Shown: positions 19,192 through 28,256, counted from the stretch's first letter. The stretch is 40,931 nucleotides of DNA from a virus (IMGVR_UViG_3300021066_000039:1-40931); one strand, 5' to 3'. Numbers and translations are program-made. The notes: generated from the sequence alone by a model not told the origin.

Positions 19192-20151
19192 TTAATTTCT
19201 TAAAAAGTTATAAATTCTTTGATAAATCTTCTCCCCAAACCAATACCTAAGTTTCCTCTGCACGCTATGGGGAAGCATGCGGAGTATTTTTTTTCTAATT
19301 GAGATAGGTAGAGGTAATGCTTCAGCATCTGCTATACCGAACCGATTAAGGATGATTGCCTTATCTACCCCGTTAATTTCCTTTCCTTTGTATGGATGAT
19401 TGAAATGTGTTGATACATTTTCTCCGTGACAGCCCACCAAGAATCCTCTTCCCTTAAAGCGGGCAGTTTTCAAACAATCCTCTAAGTATTCATGCGATGG
19501 TTGCGGGGTTCCTTTCTTATATTTACCTCGGTGTTCTTTTAGCGCGATATAAGTCATGTGCTTACCAGCATCAAAGAACGTCTCTCTTGGGAAGCGAATG
19601 GCGCAGAATGGCGGAAGGGTTTTAGGATTGTATTCCGCTAAATCCTTATTCGTGTAGTTACACATATACCCTTCGGTGTACACAACCGCCTGCATGGAAG
19701 GATCTTCTTTAAATGCTTTTCTAACTGATTCGACAGTCATCTTGTCATAAAGGTCATCTGAAGGCTGAAGTAGCCAGTAAATTTCCTCGCAGTCCGGCGC
19801 ATAATCAAATAGTTGGGGCAAGGTTCTTACTAAAGAGTTCACCAATCTTTCTCTTGCTTCTTTCTCTTCATATTTGTCATCCCAAATAGTTATGCCGTTA
19901 TAGGTAAAGACAAATTTATAATTAGGTATCTCTGATAGATATTCTTCGAGTTCTTTGATGTATTTATTTCCCCTATCTTCCTCTCGCCAGCTTATCCAAT
20001 GGACGAAATTTCTGTCCGTCTGGTTAAGTAGAGATGGAATAACAAACCTCTTAAACACGGCAATTCTATTCCGAAGCCACCTGTTTCCTCTTGAACCTCC
20101 GTAAAGGCCCAGGCCCGTAAACGGGGTGTAGACTAAAAAAGTATTTCTCAT
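19192..20151 (-). CDS. Putative GT-A glycosyltransferase (putative rhamnosyltransferase family-like)
   Basis: WLRNRIAVFKRFVIPSLLNQTDRNF N-terminal motif; PSDD (DxD-like). Confidence 0.65.
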   Translation of the reverse strand: MRNTFLVYTPFTGLGLYGGSRGNRWLRNRIAVFKRFVIPSLLNQTDRNFVHWISWREEDRGNKYIKELEEYLSEIPNYKFVFTYNGITIWDDKYEEKEARERLVNSLVRTLPQLFDYAPDCEEIYWLLQPSDDLYDKMTVESVRKAFKEDPSMQAVVYTEGYMCNYTNKDLAEYNPKTLPPFCAIRFPRETFFDAGKHMTYIALKEHRGKYKKGTPQPSHEYLEDCLKTARFKGRGFLVGCHGENVSTHFNHPYKGKEINGVDKAIILNRFGIADAEALPLPISIRKKILRMLPHSVQRKLRYWFGEKIYQRIYNFLRN

Positions 20152-20801
20152 CTTTGTGGTAAATTAGCGGTAATAATGTAACCATATTCTGTCCAGGGCG
20201 GACCCTCCCAGAAATCTTTTGTGATTTTTACTTTACGAATATCAAAGCAGCCGAGTTCTTCTAAGAGCTTTTCGTAGTCGTAAGCGTTATAACCAGTCCT
20301 TAACCTTAGGAGAACTCTTTTCCACCAGCTTTTTTCGTGGAATTCACAGAGAACGACAAAGTTTCTGGAGACTCTTTTCATTTCTTCTAGAACCTTTTTA
20401 ATCTTTGTCGGTCCAATGTAAATCAAAGAAGCATCAGATAAGATAAGATCAACCGACTTATCGCTCATGAGTAAGTTTTCTGAACTCTCTACTCGAAAAG
20501 GGAGATTCTGAACGAAAGTTTTTTTAGCTAATTCAATCGCATCCTCATTAATGTCACTTCCCCCAACAGCCTTATTAGGAAAAGTTTTAACAATCTTGAC
20601 TAAATTCGCACCAGGACCGCACCCTATCTCCCAGACTGAAACCCAATTAGGCCTTTGCGGATTACCTTCAAGGGATTTAAGGACCCACATTAAAAGTTGC
20701 CTATGAGGGTGGTCTTGGGTATCTAGGTAAGAAGTCTTCCAGTCGATCTTTCTTTTCTTCCACCAGTCTTTATGTTGTTTTGTTGTTTTAATTCTTAGCA
20801 T
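20148..20801 (-). CDS. Class I SAM-dependent methyltransferase
   Basis: WEIGCGPGANL motif I; GSDIN. Confidence 0.9.
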   Translation of the reverse strand: MLRIKTTKQHKDWWKKRKIDWKTSYLDTQDHPHRQLLMWVLKSLEGNPQRPNWVSVWEIGCGPGANLVKIVKTFPNKAVGGSDINEDAIELAKKTFVQNLPFRVESSENLLMSDKSVDLILSDASLIYIGPTKIKKVLEEMKRVSRNFVVLCEFHEKSWWKRVLLRLRTGYNAYDYEKLLEELGCFDIRKVKITKDFWEGPPWTEYGYIITANLPQR

Positions 20802-21639
20802 TCCAAGGATAGTTATTTAGATGCTTTAAGTAATATTCACGTCCTTCTATGTTTGGTGATTTTTTAGTCACTAGATTGTTTAATTTTTTAATCAGTTCCT
20901 CTCTAGTTTTAAAAGATTCAATATGCGGATACTCGATGTAAGAGATTGGATGCTGGCCCCAGAGTATAGACTTGGCTAGGATTTCCGAGAACCCATCGAA
21001 CTCTAGAGTTCTTAACCCGCATTGCATCTTTTTAACTTCCTCGTTCATTACTTCTTTCGGTACGCGTCCTCTTACAAATACATTCGTGTGTTTAGATTCA
21101 TAAGGGGTTCTGTTACCATAGAGGAAGAAATCAACATTACACTTATCGGCGATCTCTTCAATTAAAGTCCAGCCGTACATTTCAAAGTTATCTCCTGAAA
21201 CTGAAAGATAAACTTTAGGTCTCTCATCCCATACATATTCAAGATCGTAATCGTTAACATTTCCCATAAAAGAAGGCACTACTTGTGATTCGATTCCCAA
21301 CTCTCTTAGTGCATCTGCTTCTACCATATTCTCGGTGTAGCTTTCACAGTTCTCGCTAATCCATTGAGCGAGTGGCAGCGGATCAATTCTTATCTTTCCC
21401 TCATCATCCAACCAGTAACCATTTATGAAATGCTTGATATCCGATCCCGCCCAGAGTATTGCTTTTCTTTTGGACAGATCGTTACGAAGCTCATTAAAAT
21501 CGTTCAGAGAATAAAGACCAAAATAAACTACTGGATCTTCGAAGTCATAAACCATAGGAAGCCCCCAAACTTCCGTTGGTGTTCCTTCTAGTGCACCGAG
21601 TGATGGTGCATATCTGCAGTGCCAGTTTACTTTTTGCAT
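20788..21639 (-). CDS. Putative GT-B glycosyltransferase
   Basis: WAGSD; NVFVRGRVP; DGFSEILAKSILWG resembles the GT4 donor-binding segment. Confidence 0.6.
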   Translation of the reverse strand: MQKVNWHCRYAPSLGALEGTPTEVWGLPMVYDFEDPVVYFGLYSLNDFNELRNDLSKRKAILWAGSDIKHFINGYWLDDEGKIRIDPLPLAQWISENCESYTENMVEADALRELGIESQVVPSFMGNVNDYDLEYVWDERPKVYLSVSGDNFEMYGWTLIEEIADKCNVDFFLYGNRTPYESKHTNVFVRGRVPKEVMNEEVKKMQCGLRTLEFDGFSEILAKSILWGQHPISYIEYPHIESFKTREELIKKLNNLVTKKSPNIEGREYYLKHLNNYPWNAKN

Positions 21640-22091
21640 AGTTCTAAAAATTTAATTAAATCCTTGTGTGGCTTTTCCTGTGAGGATTGATATTCAGGGT
21701 GGTAAGGAACAGAAACAAAGTGTTCGGGTATTTTGTAATCAATCACCACCTCGTAGTTAGACCACCAAGTTTCTCCCTCGTATAAGCCGACCTTAAGTTC
21801 AGGTCTTTTTTTAACGACAAAAGTACCCTCAACTCCAAACTCTTCGCTGGTGGCATCTTTGATTCCAAGCACATTTCTGGCGTATTCTATGGCCCCTAAT
21901 TGGTGTCCAGCACAGATAAGTAGAGTTGGGAGATTGTTTTCCCTTGCTTCTTTGATTTCTTCTATCATTTCCTCCCATTTCTCTGGTGAGTGAGTGCCAC
22001 ACACAATCAAACCATCATAGTTCCTCCAATTAGGATCAATTTCAGACAATGCCTTCTCGACTGTGGTATTAAAGTGGTTAAGTACGCGCAT
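21627..22091 (-). CDS. Stand-alone class I glutamine amidotransferase, CTP-synthase-like
   Basis: ICAGHQLGAIEYARNVLG..DATSEEF and YHPEY, matching the PyrG GATase domain. Confidence 0.85.
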   Translation of the reverse strand: MRVLNHFNTTVEKALSEIDPNWRNYDGLIVCGTHSPEKWEEMIEEIKEARENNLPTLLICAGHQLGAIEYARNVLGIKDATSEEFGVEGTFVVKKRPELKVGLYEGETWWSNYEVVIDYKIPEHFVSVPYHPEYQSSQEKPHKDLIKFLELCKK

Positions 22092-23112
22092 ATCTAATTA
22101 ATTTAGCCACTAAATCGTAGGAATCCTTCTTAAATTCTTCGTGTTCTCTTCTTGGATACTTCTTTACTTTTTCTTCAAGACCGATTTTTGGGTAAACAGG
22201 GTTTTTTTGAAGCTCTAATAACGCTTCATCGCGTGTAATTTGACCAGAAACTACAAGAGATGAGAGATGGGCCTTTCTTTTATCAATCCCAAACTTCTCA
22301 AACAGGTAATAATTCTGGAACCACCAGGTAAAAATTGATTCACAGTGCTTCTCCCCGTAGTCTTTCCAGCCAAATTTCTCTTCTAATTCCTTGATAGCCT
22401 TACTTCTGTTGTAATCCAGGTAGTCTAAGAGGTAAAAAGTCTTAATTCCCCTTACCCATTTGTAGTAATTCCACTTAAGAAGTGAACAAGTAGGTAGTCC
22501 AGTGAGTTTTTTACCCGTTATTTTCTTGTAGACATCCTTAATGTGGACTAAATCTCTTGCGTTATACCCCCATGATGCTGGCATGATGGATTCCGTGGCT
22601 ACATTTCCCCCAGAAATAATCCACTTAATGTTGTACTTATCGGCTAATTCGAGCGATGCGGCCATGATTATATGATCGGTAGGGATTTCTATATTCTTTA
22701 GACCAGCACTCATAAATGCTCCTTGGAGCTTTAGAAACTTATTTAGATCAATCGTGTAGCGGAAGAAGGGAACTTTTAGACCTTCAACTAGCTTCATTAT
22801 GTTTTCGTCTGCTTTCTCATGATTCCAGCCGTTGTCTATCGAGAAACACAGTGGTCTTAACCCTCTCTCGACTAGCTTTACGAGCGCGTAAGAAGAATCA
22901 ACTCCGCCTGAGAGACCAATTAAGCAATCGTAGCCCCTAGAGTCTTTGAAGATCTGCCGGATTACGTCATTTAGCTTATCCTTATCTTGATTCACTTCAT
23001 CTAGGGACTTAAATGCTGTATCGCAGAAATTACAGCCTGAATCGGTAAACACAATCTCTCTAGCTGAGTTATCCATTACACATCTAGTACATTGTGTCTT
23101 AATTGAGTTCAT
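22078..23112 (-). CDS. N-acetyl sugar amidotransferase (WbpG/PseA-like PP-loop ATPase)
   Basis: CxxC, CNFC, YDCLIGLSGGVDSS, KHCES, FGIDKRKAHLSSL. Confidence 0.9.
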   Translation of the reverse strand: MNSIKTQCTRCVMDNSAREIVFTDSGCNFCDTAFKSLDEVNQDKDKLNDVIRQIFKDSRGYDCLIGLSGGVDSSYALVKLVERGLRPLCFSIDNGWNHEKADENIMKLVEGLKVPFFRYTIDLNKFLKLQGAFMSAGLKNIEIPTDHIIMAASLELADKYNIKWIISGGNVATESIMPASWGYNARDLVHIKDVYKKITGKKLTGLPTCSLLKWNYYKWVRGIKTFYLLDYLDYNRSKAIKELEEKFGWKDYGEKHCESIFTWWFQNYYLFEKFGIDKRKAHLSSLVVSGQITRDEALLELQKNPVYPKIGLEEKVKKYPRREHEEFKKDSYDLVAKLIRYART

Positions 23113-24136
23113 TTACTGCTTCTTGAGAATCAAAATCATTTATGGCCTTGATGATCTCGTGCACTTCTTCGTCAGTTATCACCTCGTTAATCGGAAGCCT
23201 TAATGTCTCTGATTCGTATGAGATTGAAAGTGGAAGTTTAGGGATAGGGAAAGGATACTCATTCTTCATAGTTTCAATCCCTTTCTCTTTAAGATAAGCA
23301 AAAAGCTCGTCCCTTTTAGGAGTTCTGATGATAAAGTCTTGCCACACTCTTCCAACTACTCTTTTTGGTAGATCTACATTCTTAAGTCCTTGCAAATACA
23401 TTTCAGCTATTTCCTCACGTCTTCTTAAGGTTTCAGGTAGATTCCTAATCTTAATGTTAAGAACTGCCGCTTGTAGGTTATCTAACCGTGAATTAATACC
23501 CCACTTGCTTGTATCTCCCTTACAGTGATTTCTTAATTCTTTTACTTTAAGATAAAGTTCTTCGGAATCAGTTACTAAAGCACCAGCATCGCCAAACGCA
23601 CCTAAGATTTTTGCTGGATAGAAAGAGAAGGCTCCAGCTTGTCCCCAAGCTCCAGCTTTCTTTCCGTTTTGAATCGCACCAAGCGACTGGCAAGCATCCT
23701 CAATTACAATTAAGTTATGTTCCCTTGCTAAATTTGTTAAAGCTTCCATGTCGCATGAAAAGTCACCAGCAATATGAGCAGGCATGATGGCTTTAGTTTT
23801 AGGAGTGATTGTAAACACCCCATCCATGTCATAGAGAACTGGTGTTGCCCCAAGTTGTTTTACTACTTGTGCGGTAGCAACGAATGTATGTGAAGGTACA
23901 AGGACTTCATCTCCTTCACCTATGCCATAAGCCCACAGTGCTAAATAGAGTGCATCTGTTCCACTATTTAAACCGACAGCATATTTTGTTCCGCAGAACT
24001 CAGCTAAGGCTTGTTCAAACTTCTCTAAATCACTTCTTAAGATAAGATCCCCGTTTGTTAATACGCGGTCTATTTCACTTAAGTATTCTTCTTTGTTTTT
24101 CAGGTAACTTAAACCTGGGTTAAAAAAACGAATCAT
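23099..24136 (-). CDS. DegT/DnrJ/EryC1/StrS PLP-dependent sugar aminotransferase
   Basis: NSGTDAL, EDACQ, FSFYPAKILGAFGDAG, NSRLD. Confidence 0.95.
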   Translation of the reverse strand: MIRFFNPGLSYLKNKEEYLSEIDRVLTNGDLILRSDLEKFEQALAEFCGTKYAVGLNSGTDALYLALWAYGIGEGDEVLVPSHTFVATAQVVKQLGATPVLYDMDGVFTITPKTKAIMPAHIAGDFSCDMEALTNLAREHNLIVIEDACQSLGAIQNGKKAGAWGQAGAFSFYPAKILGAFGDAGALVTDSEELYLKVKELRNHCKGDTSKWGINSRLDNLQAAVLNIKIRNLPETLRRREEIAEMYLQGLKNVDLPKRVVGRVWQDFIIRTPKRDELFAYLKEKGIETMKNEYPFPIPKLPLSISYESETLRLPINEVITDEEVHEIIKAINDFDSQEAVNELN

Positions 24137-24966
24137 TTTATTATGTAAAATTTTCCCGTTTTGACTGCTCTTTTACTTTCTTCCTCAGTCATTAGGGACT
24201 CTGTTAGGGTTTCCCCTTCTCTTAAACCAATAATCTCCACTTCCTTGGCCTTACCTGCTTTGCCTAGGATTTGCAGCGCCAAGTTTTTAATGTTTACCCT
24301 CTCACCCATGTCTAGGATAAAAATCTCCCCACCCTGTCCTTTCTCAGTAGCCTCAATTACAAGTTCACAAGCCTCTGGAATGGTCATCATGTACCTTTCC
24401 ATATCCTCGTGAGTAACTGAGAGTTTTTTTCCTTGATCTATTTGCCTTTGCCAGATATTAAGGAGAGACCCGCGAGATCCTAAAACGTTTCCAAATCTGA
24501 CTACAATAAATCCCTTACCTTGATTTAACGTTAATCTTTCTCCTAAGAGCTTAGTAGCACCCATAATGGAATGACCCGAGACAGCTTTATCTGTTGAAAT
24601 GTAGACAAACTTCTCCACACATTCCCAAGTCTTCGCGGTGTGAACTAGATTTAGGTGCCCGTTTACGTTGGTGTTGATTGCCTCCTCTGGTGTGTATTCC
24701 ATAAGTGGAACGTGTTTATAAGCCGCGCAGTTAAATACAATTTGCGGTTTAAAATCTTGAAAAACATCCTTGACTGTCTTTTTATCCCGTATATCCCCAA
24801 CTCTCCCCCAAACATCCTTGCCTTTTAGTTCATCAACTAGATCAAAAAGAGCTGATTCATTTATATCGACAACATAAATCTTATTTAAGTCAGATAATTG
24901 GCGTACAAGTCCAGAACCTATACTGCCGGCTCCACCGAAGATGACTATACGTTTGTTTTTAATCAT
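24133..24966 (-). CDS. Nucleotide-sugar 4,6-dehydratase (PglF/CapD/PseB-like)
   Basis: GGAGSIG, AAYKHVP, ISTDKA, MGATK, RFGNVLGSRGS. Confidence 0.93.
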   Translation of the reverse strand: MIKNKRIVIFGGAGSIGSGLVRQLSDLNKIYVVDINESALFDLVDELKGKDVWGRVGDIRDKKTVKDVFQDFKPQIVFNCAAYKHVPLMEYTPEEAINTNVNGHLNLVHTAKTWECVEKFVYISTDKAVSGHSIMGATKLLGERLTLNQGKGFIVVRFGNVLGSRGSLLNIWQRQIDQGKKLSVTHEDMERYMMTIPEACELVIEATEKGQGGEIFILDMGERVNIKNLALQILGKAGKAKEVEIIGLREGETLTESLMTEEESKRAVKTGKFYIIK

Positions 24967-25448
24967 AGGCGAATATACATCGGAAGCTCTGAATTATAAG
25001 CGAGTTGGATAGTCTCTCTTACTTTCTTTTCATTTCTTGGAATTGAGAATGATAGTCCAATGTTTTTACAGAAATTCATATCTTCCTTTTCGTGAAGTAA
25101 GTTATGGCTAAAACCCAAGAATTTGTATTTCTCACTACCTTTTACCCCAATTAGCTTTACATTTGCATTGTGCTTAACTACTCCATTTCTAACCATTTCA
25201 GCCGGCCGAAAGAGTACAAAGTTAATCATCGAGTAGACATAAGGCTTCCAGCCGTCTAGGGCTAAAGCCGCGGCAATGAGTACACAAGACTGCTCTGTTA
25301 CTCCGAAGTTATAGTATCTATTAGGAAATTTAGCTTGGAACTCCTCAGTAAAAGAGAACCCGACATCAGGGACGATAAGCACTATCTTCTCGTCTTTTTC
25401 TGCAAGTTTTATTAGTTCTTCAAAGAAGATTTTACGCTTGTCTATCAT
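24963..25448 (-). CDS. Transketolase-like pyrimidine-binding subunit (short)
   Basis: FPNRYYNFGVTEQ, ALDGWKPYVY; ends at YIRL. Confidence 0.85.
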   Translation of the reverse strand: MIDKRKIFFEELIKLAEKDEKIVLIVPDVGFSFTEEFQAKFPNRYYNFGVTEQSCVLIAAALALDGWKPYVYSMINFVLFRPAEMVRNGVVKHNANVKLIGVKGSEKYKFLGFSHNLLHEKEDMNFCKNIGLSFSIPRNEKKVRETIQLAYNSELPMYIRL

Positions 25449-26209
25449 TTTAATTCAGTTAGGGCTTTACTAAATTCCTCATCAGAAAGATTCTTATAGT
25501 GAAAAAGGTTGTTGTTCTCCATAAAAGAAACCCCTTTGCCTTTGGTTGTTTCAAACATTATTAATTTGGGTTTTTTATTACCGGAAAGAGACTCAGCTGC
25601 ATCAAAACAACCTTCTATTATGTTGAAATCGTGTCCGTAGTCGTAATGGTCTGGGTTTACTCCTGGAAACCAGTAGTAATCCAATATTTCCTTTGTCTCC
25701 CCCATAGCCTGTAGTCCGTTACAATCAACAATAACAACTAAGTTGTCTAAGTTGTGATGTGCTGCGATTAAAGCAGCTTCCCACGTTGTACCTATAGCTA
25801 ACTCTCCATCACTCATTACGCAGTAAACCTTTCCTTCTTCCCCTTTCATCTTTTTAGATAGCGCAAATCCTACTGCTGCTGGTAGCCCCATACCCATTGA
25901 TCCTCCGGCAAAATGCACCCCTGGTACTCCTGGTTCTGTTAATCCTATTAGTCTTGAGCCAGGCTGACAGTAAGTATCTAACTCCTCCTTGGAAATTAAG
26001 CCTTTTTCGGCAAGGAAATAATAAAAAGAGGCGGCCTTCCAGCCAGCACTTAAGATGATCTTATCTTTACTTAAATCTGCTTTATCAAATAAAACAGTGA
26101 AGATGTCTATAACACTGAAATTACTCCCAATGTGTGAAGTTTGTGCTTTGTATATTAACTCAAGTACCTTTTTTCTGGCTGCCTTGGCCTTTTCTTCTAA
26201 TGTAATCAC
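25445..26209 (-). CDS. Transketolase-like N-terminal TPP-binding subunit
   Basis: SHIGSNFS, GSMGMGL, SDGE...WEA...N TPP motif, TTKGKGVSFME. Confidence 0.92.
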   Translation of the reverse strand: MITLEEKAKAARKKVLELIYKAQTSHIGSNFSVIDIFTVLFDKADLSKDKIILSAGWKAASFYYFLAEKGLISKEELDTYCQPGSRLIGLTEPGVPGVHFAGGSMGMGLPAAVGFALSKKMKGEEGKVYCVMSDGELAIGTTWEAALIAAHHNLDNLVVIVDCNGLQAMGETKEILDYYWFPGVNPDHYDYGHDFNIIEGCFDAAESLSGNKKPKLIMFETTKGKGVSFMENNNLFHYKNLSDEEFSKALTELK

Positions 26210-26236
26210 CTGCTGTATAGGTATGATTTACCTACT

Positions 26237-26270
26237 AAGTACCTTCTTGTCTGTAATTACATTTGTCAAG
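26237..26270 (-). promoter_or_regulatory. Conserved 34-bp promoter/operator motif, copy 2
   Basis: CTTGACAA-n10-GACAAGAAGGTACTT, 27 nt upstream of the sugar/late operon. Confidence 0.7.
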
Positions 26271-26312
26271 TATTTCCTTGTTTATTCTAGCCCTTTTAGT
26301 TTAGAGGGGGTT

Positions 26313-26525
26313 TTACTTTAATTTACGAGATTTCACTGTTGGGGTTAGAACTTTCACCATATTTGTTAAACGATTTCTAAATGAGGTGATCTCTATAGCA
26401 TTCGGAAGTCTTTTTCTAGCATCAACAATAACATCGAATAGAGCCTGTACTTCAGGAAACCCTAATTTTATTTCATAAATTAACTCCTCTCTACCATTCT
26501 TAGATGTTGTTTCTTTGATTCTCAT
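26313..26525 (-). CDS. Hypothetical protein
   Basis: ORF track; tightly packed with neighbours. Confidence 0.6.
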   Translation of the reverse strand: MRIKETTSKNGREELIYEIKLGFPEVQALFDVIVDARKRLPNAIEITSFRNRLTNMVKVLTPTVKSRKLK

Positions 26526-26547
26526 ATTGTTTATTTAGTTAGTAAGT

Positions 26548-26775
26548 TTATAGCTCTTTGATGTCGTTAATAAGCTTTTCTTTACAGTAGTCACAATCAC
26601 AGGTTTCTTCCTCCACCCTCTTTATTATTTCTGACTTGAGGGAGAAGAGAGCGTATTTAATAAAGGCTTCTATGGCTGAATAGTCTACAAATTGACTATG
26701 TTTGAAAGCTTCTCTAAATTCTTTAATCATTCTCTTCTCCATCTCTTCTTTGTTTGTAGGCATAAGTGAAGTCAT
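26548..26775 (-). CDS. Hypothetical protein
   Basis: ORF track; 4-nt overlap with the upstream gene. Confidence 0.6.
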   Translation of the reverse strand: MTSLMPTNKEEMEKRMIKEFREAFKHSQFVDYSAIEAFIKYALFSLKSEIIKRVEEETCDCDYCKEKLINDIKEL

Positions 26776-26915
26776 ATCTCTTTGATTATGTTAATTGAAT
26801 CTTCTAGTGCTTGGTTGTAGCCATAATCTACGGCCTCAGGAAAGCCTGTTGCGCTTAAAACTTCTCCATAAATATCTTTCTTTCTCTCCTCCACCCTCTT
26901 TATGATTTCTGACTT
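26609..26915. repeat. 29-nt direct repeat (26609-26637 and 26887-26915)
   Basis: 28/29 identical; encodes KSEIIKRVEE in both adjacent genes. Confidence 0.85.
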
Positions 26916-27182
26916 CTGCTTAGATAGTTCTTCTTTCATCTTCTTTTTGAAAAGTTTAGTGTGTGCGGTCAATATATGCTCAAGCTCTACATATTTAGGC
27001 TCACCACGATAGGGACTTTCAATTCTCCCAGTCTCTTCTTTCCTAGCCAGAACCTCATTGTGAGTAAGAGATTCTTCCCACCATTCAGCTATATCAGCAG
27101 GAACTAAGGGTGTGCTTCTTATTACCTCCATGTCGTAGTGCCACCTGAAATATTCTCGTTTAAGTTGTTGTATGTCTTTCAT
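26772..27182 (-). CDS. Hypothetical protein
   Basis: ORF track; C-terminal GYNQALED motif common in small phage proteins. Confidence 0.6.
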   Translation of the reverse strand: MKDIQQLKREYFRWHYDMEVIRSTPLVPADIAEWWEESLTHNEVLARKEETGRIESPYRGEPKYVELEHILTAHTKLFKKKMKEELSKQKSEIIKRVEERKKDIYGEVLSATGFPEAVDYGYNQALEDSINIIKEI

Positions 27183-27340
27183 AAGTTTATTTTCTCTAGT
27201 TCTTCGTTAGTGGTGTTCATGATAATCTTTTGATATTTCTCATAAAGAATATGGTACTGTTCGGGTTGTTTTACGCCGTTTATCGTAATGTCATATGAGG
27301 TCGAGTCGTCTACTTGTCCAATAAATTTGTGATATATCAT
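27179..27340 (-). CDS. 53-aa hypothetical protein
   Basis: Translated by hand; ATGA overlap. Confidence 0.45.
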   Translation of the reverse strand: MIYHKFIGQVDDSTSYDITINGVKQPEQYHILYEKYQKIIMNTTNEELEKINL

Positions 27341-27364
27341 AATTCTTCTTTTGGTGTCATAGGG

Positions 27365-27649
27365 TTATTCTTTCTTAAGAAATGTAAGTATTTCAGAGTA
27401 GGCTTCTATTTTTGCTTCTGCGCGCTGTACTGCTACTTCTCTAGCATTAACTTTCTGTTCTCTTTGGAATAATTTTTTCTCTAACTCACTTATTTCGGTT
27501 TTTTCTATATTAAGATAAATAGTTCTTAGTAATCTCATTAGGTGATTAAGAAGGATAGGATAAATTACCCAAGCCCTTCTATCTAACAAGGGATAGGCTA
27601 AGCCATAATACCTAGGTAACGCCTCCCCATATTCGATAATTTTCTTCAT
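27365..27649 (-). CDS. Hypothetical protein
   Basis: ORF track. Confidence 0.6.
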   Translation of the reverse strand: MKKIIEYGEALPRYYGLAYPLLDRRAWVIYPILLNHLMRLLRTIYLNIEKTEISELEKKLFQREQKVNAREVAVQRAEAKIEAYSEILTFLKKE

Positions 27650-27668
27650 ATATTCTCTTTAGTGGGGG

Positions 27669-27821
27669 TTACTTGAGTTGTTCTTCCATATTGTCCAACA
27701 TTTGGAATAGTTGTTTTGTTGTCCATCTATCATCTCCTTCGTGTAGCTCGTTATTTAAGATGTTTATTTTAATATCTCTCAAAAAACTTCTTTTGATTAG
27801 GTTTTCTATTTCTTTAGTCAT
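27669..27821 (-). CDS. 50-aa hypothetical protein
   Basis: Translated by hand; fills the gap. Confidence 0.5.
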   Translation of the reverse strand: MTKEIENLIKRSFLRDIKINILNNELHEGDDRWTTKQLFQMLDNMEEQLK

Positions 27822-27823
27822 AT

Positions 27824-28255
27824 CTATTTCTCTGTATTAGGGGTGAGTAAGTCTGGATTTTCGTAGATGTTGCCGATGATTTCTCCGTAAGAGCTAAGGG
27901 TTTCTGTATCATCTTCATCTTTGCTTCTCTGAATATAAAATCCGTAAGCATCTGAAGCGTAATAATCTAAACCACCTGCCGAATAGCCACCGAATCTAAC
28001 TTCTCCTTGCTCTATTTGTTTAACAATATCCCCCTCATATATCTCCTTTCCGTTCTTGTCTTTGAGACCTGTGTATTGCATTATTTTCAAGTGGGGATTT
28101 TCAAAGTAAATGGGTGTCATTCCATTAAATAAACCGCCCACTCTTGGTGTGTAAACTTTACCGTCTATAACTCTAAATGCCAGAATGGAATCCTCTGATT
28201 CTGTAATAAGTTGACTTTCTTTGGTATTCCAAGCTCTAAATTTTATTTCTCTCAT
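27824..28255 (-). CDS. yopX: YopX family protein
   Basis: MREIKFRAW...MQYTGLKDKNGKEIYEGDIV...IIGNIYENPDLL. Confidence 0.93.
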   Translation of the reverse strand: MREIKFRAWNTKESQLITESEDSILAFRVIDGKVYTPRVGGLFNGMTPIYFENPHLKIMQYTGLKDKNGKEIYEGDIVKQIEQGEVRFGGYSAGGLDYYASDAYGFYIQRSKDEDDTETLSSYGEIIGNIYENPDLLTPNTEK

Positions 28256-28256
28256 T

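Noticed and set aside
17390-26209. Sugar operon as a DNA hypermodification system
   Set aside because: No hydroxymethylase, TET/JBP or dedicated DNA polymerase is seen, and the operon is linked to late genes; not excluded, only less favoured
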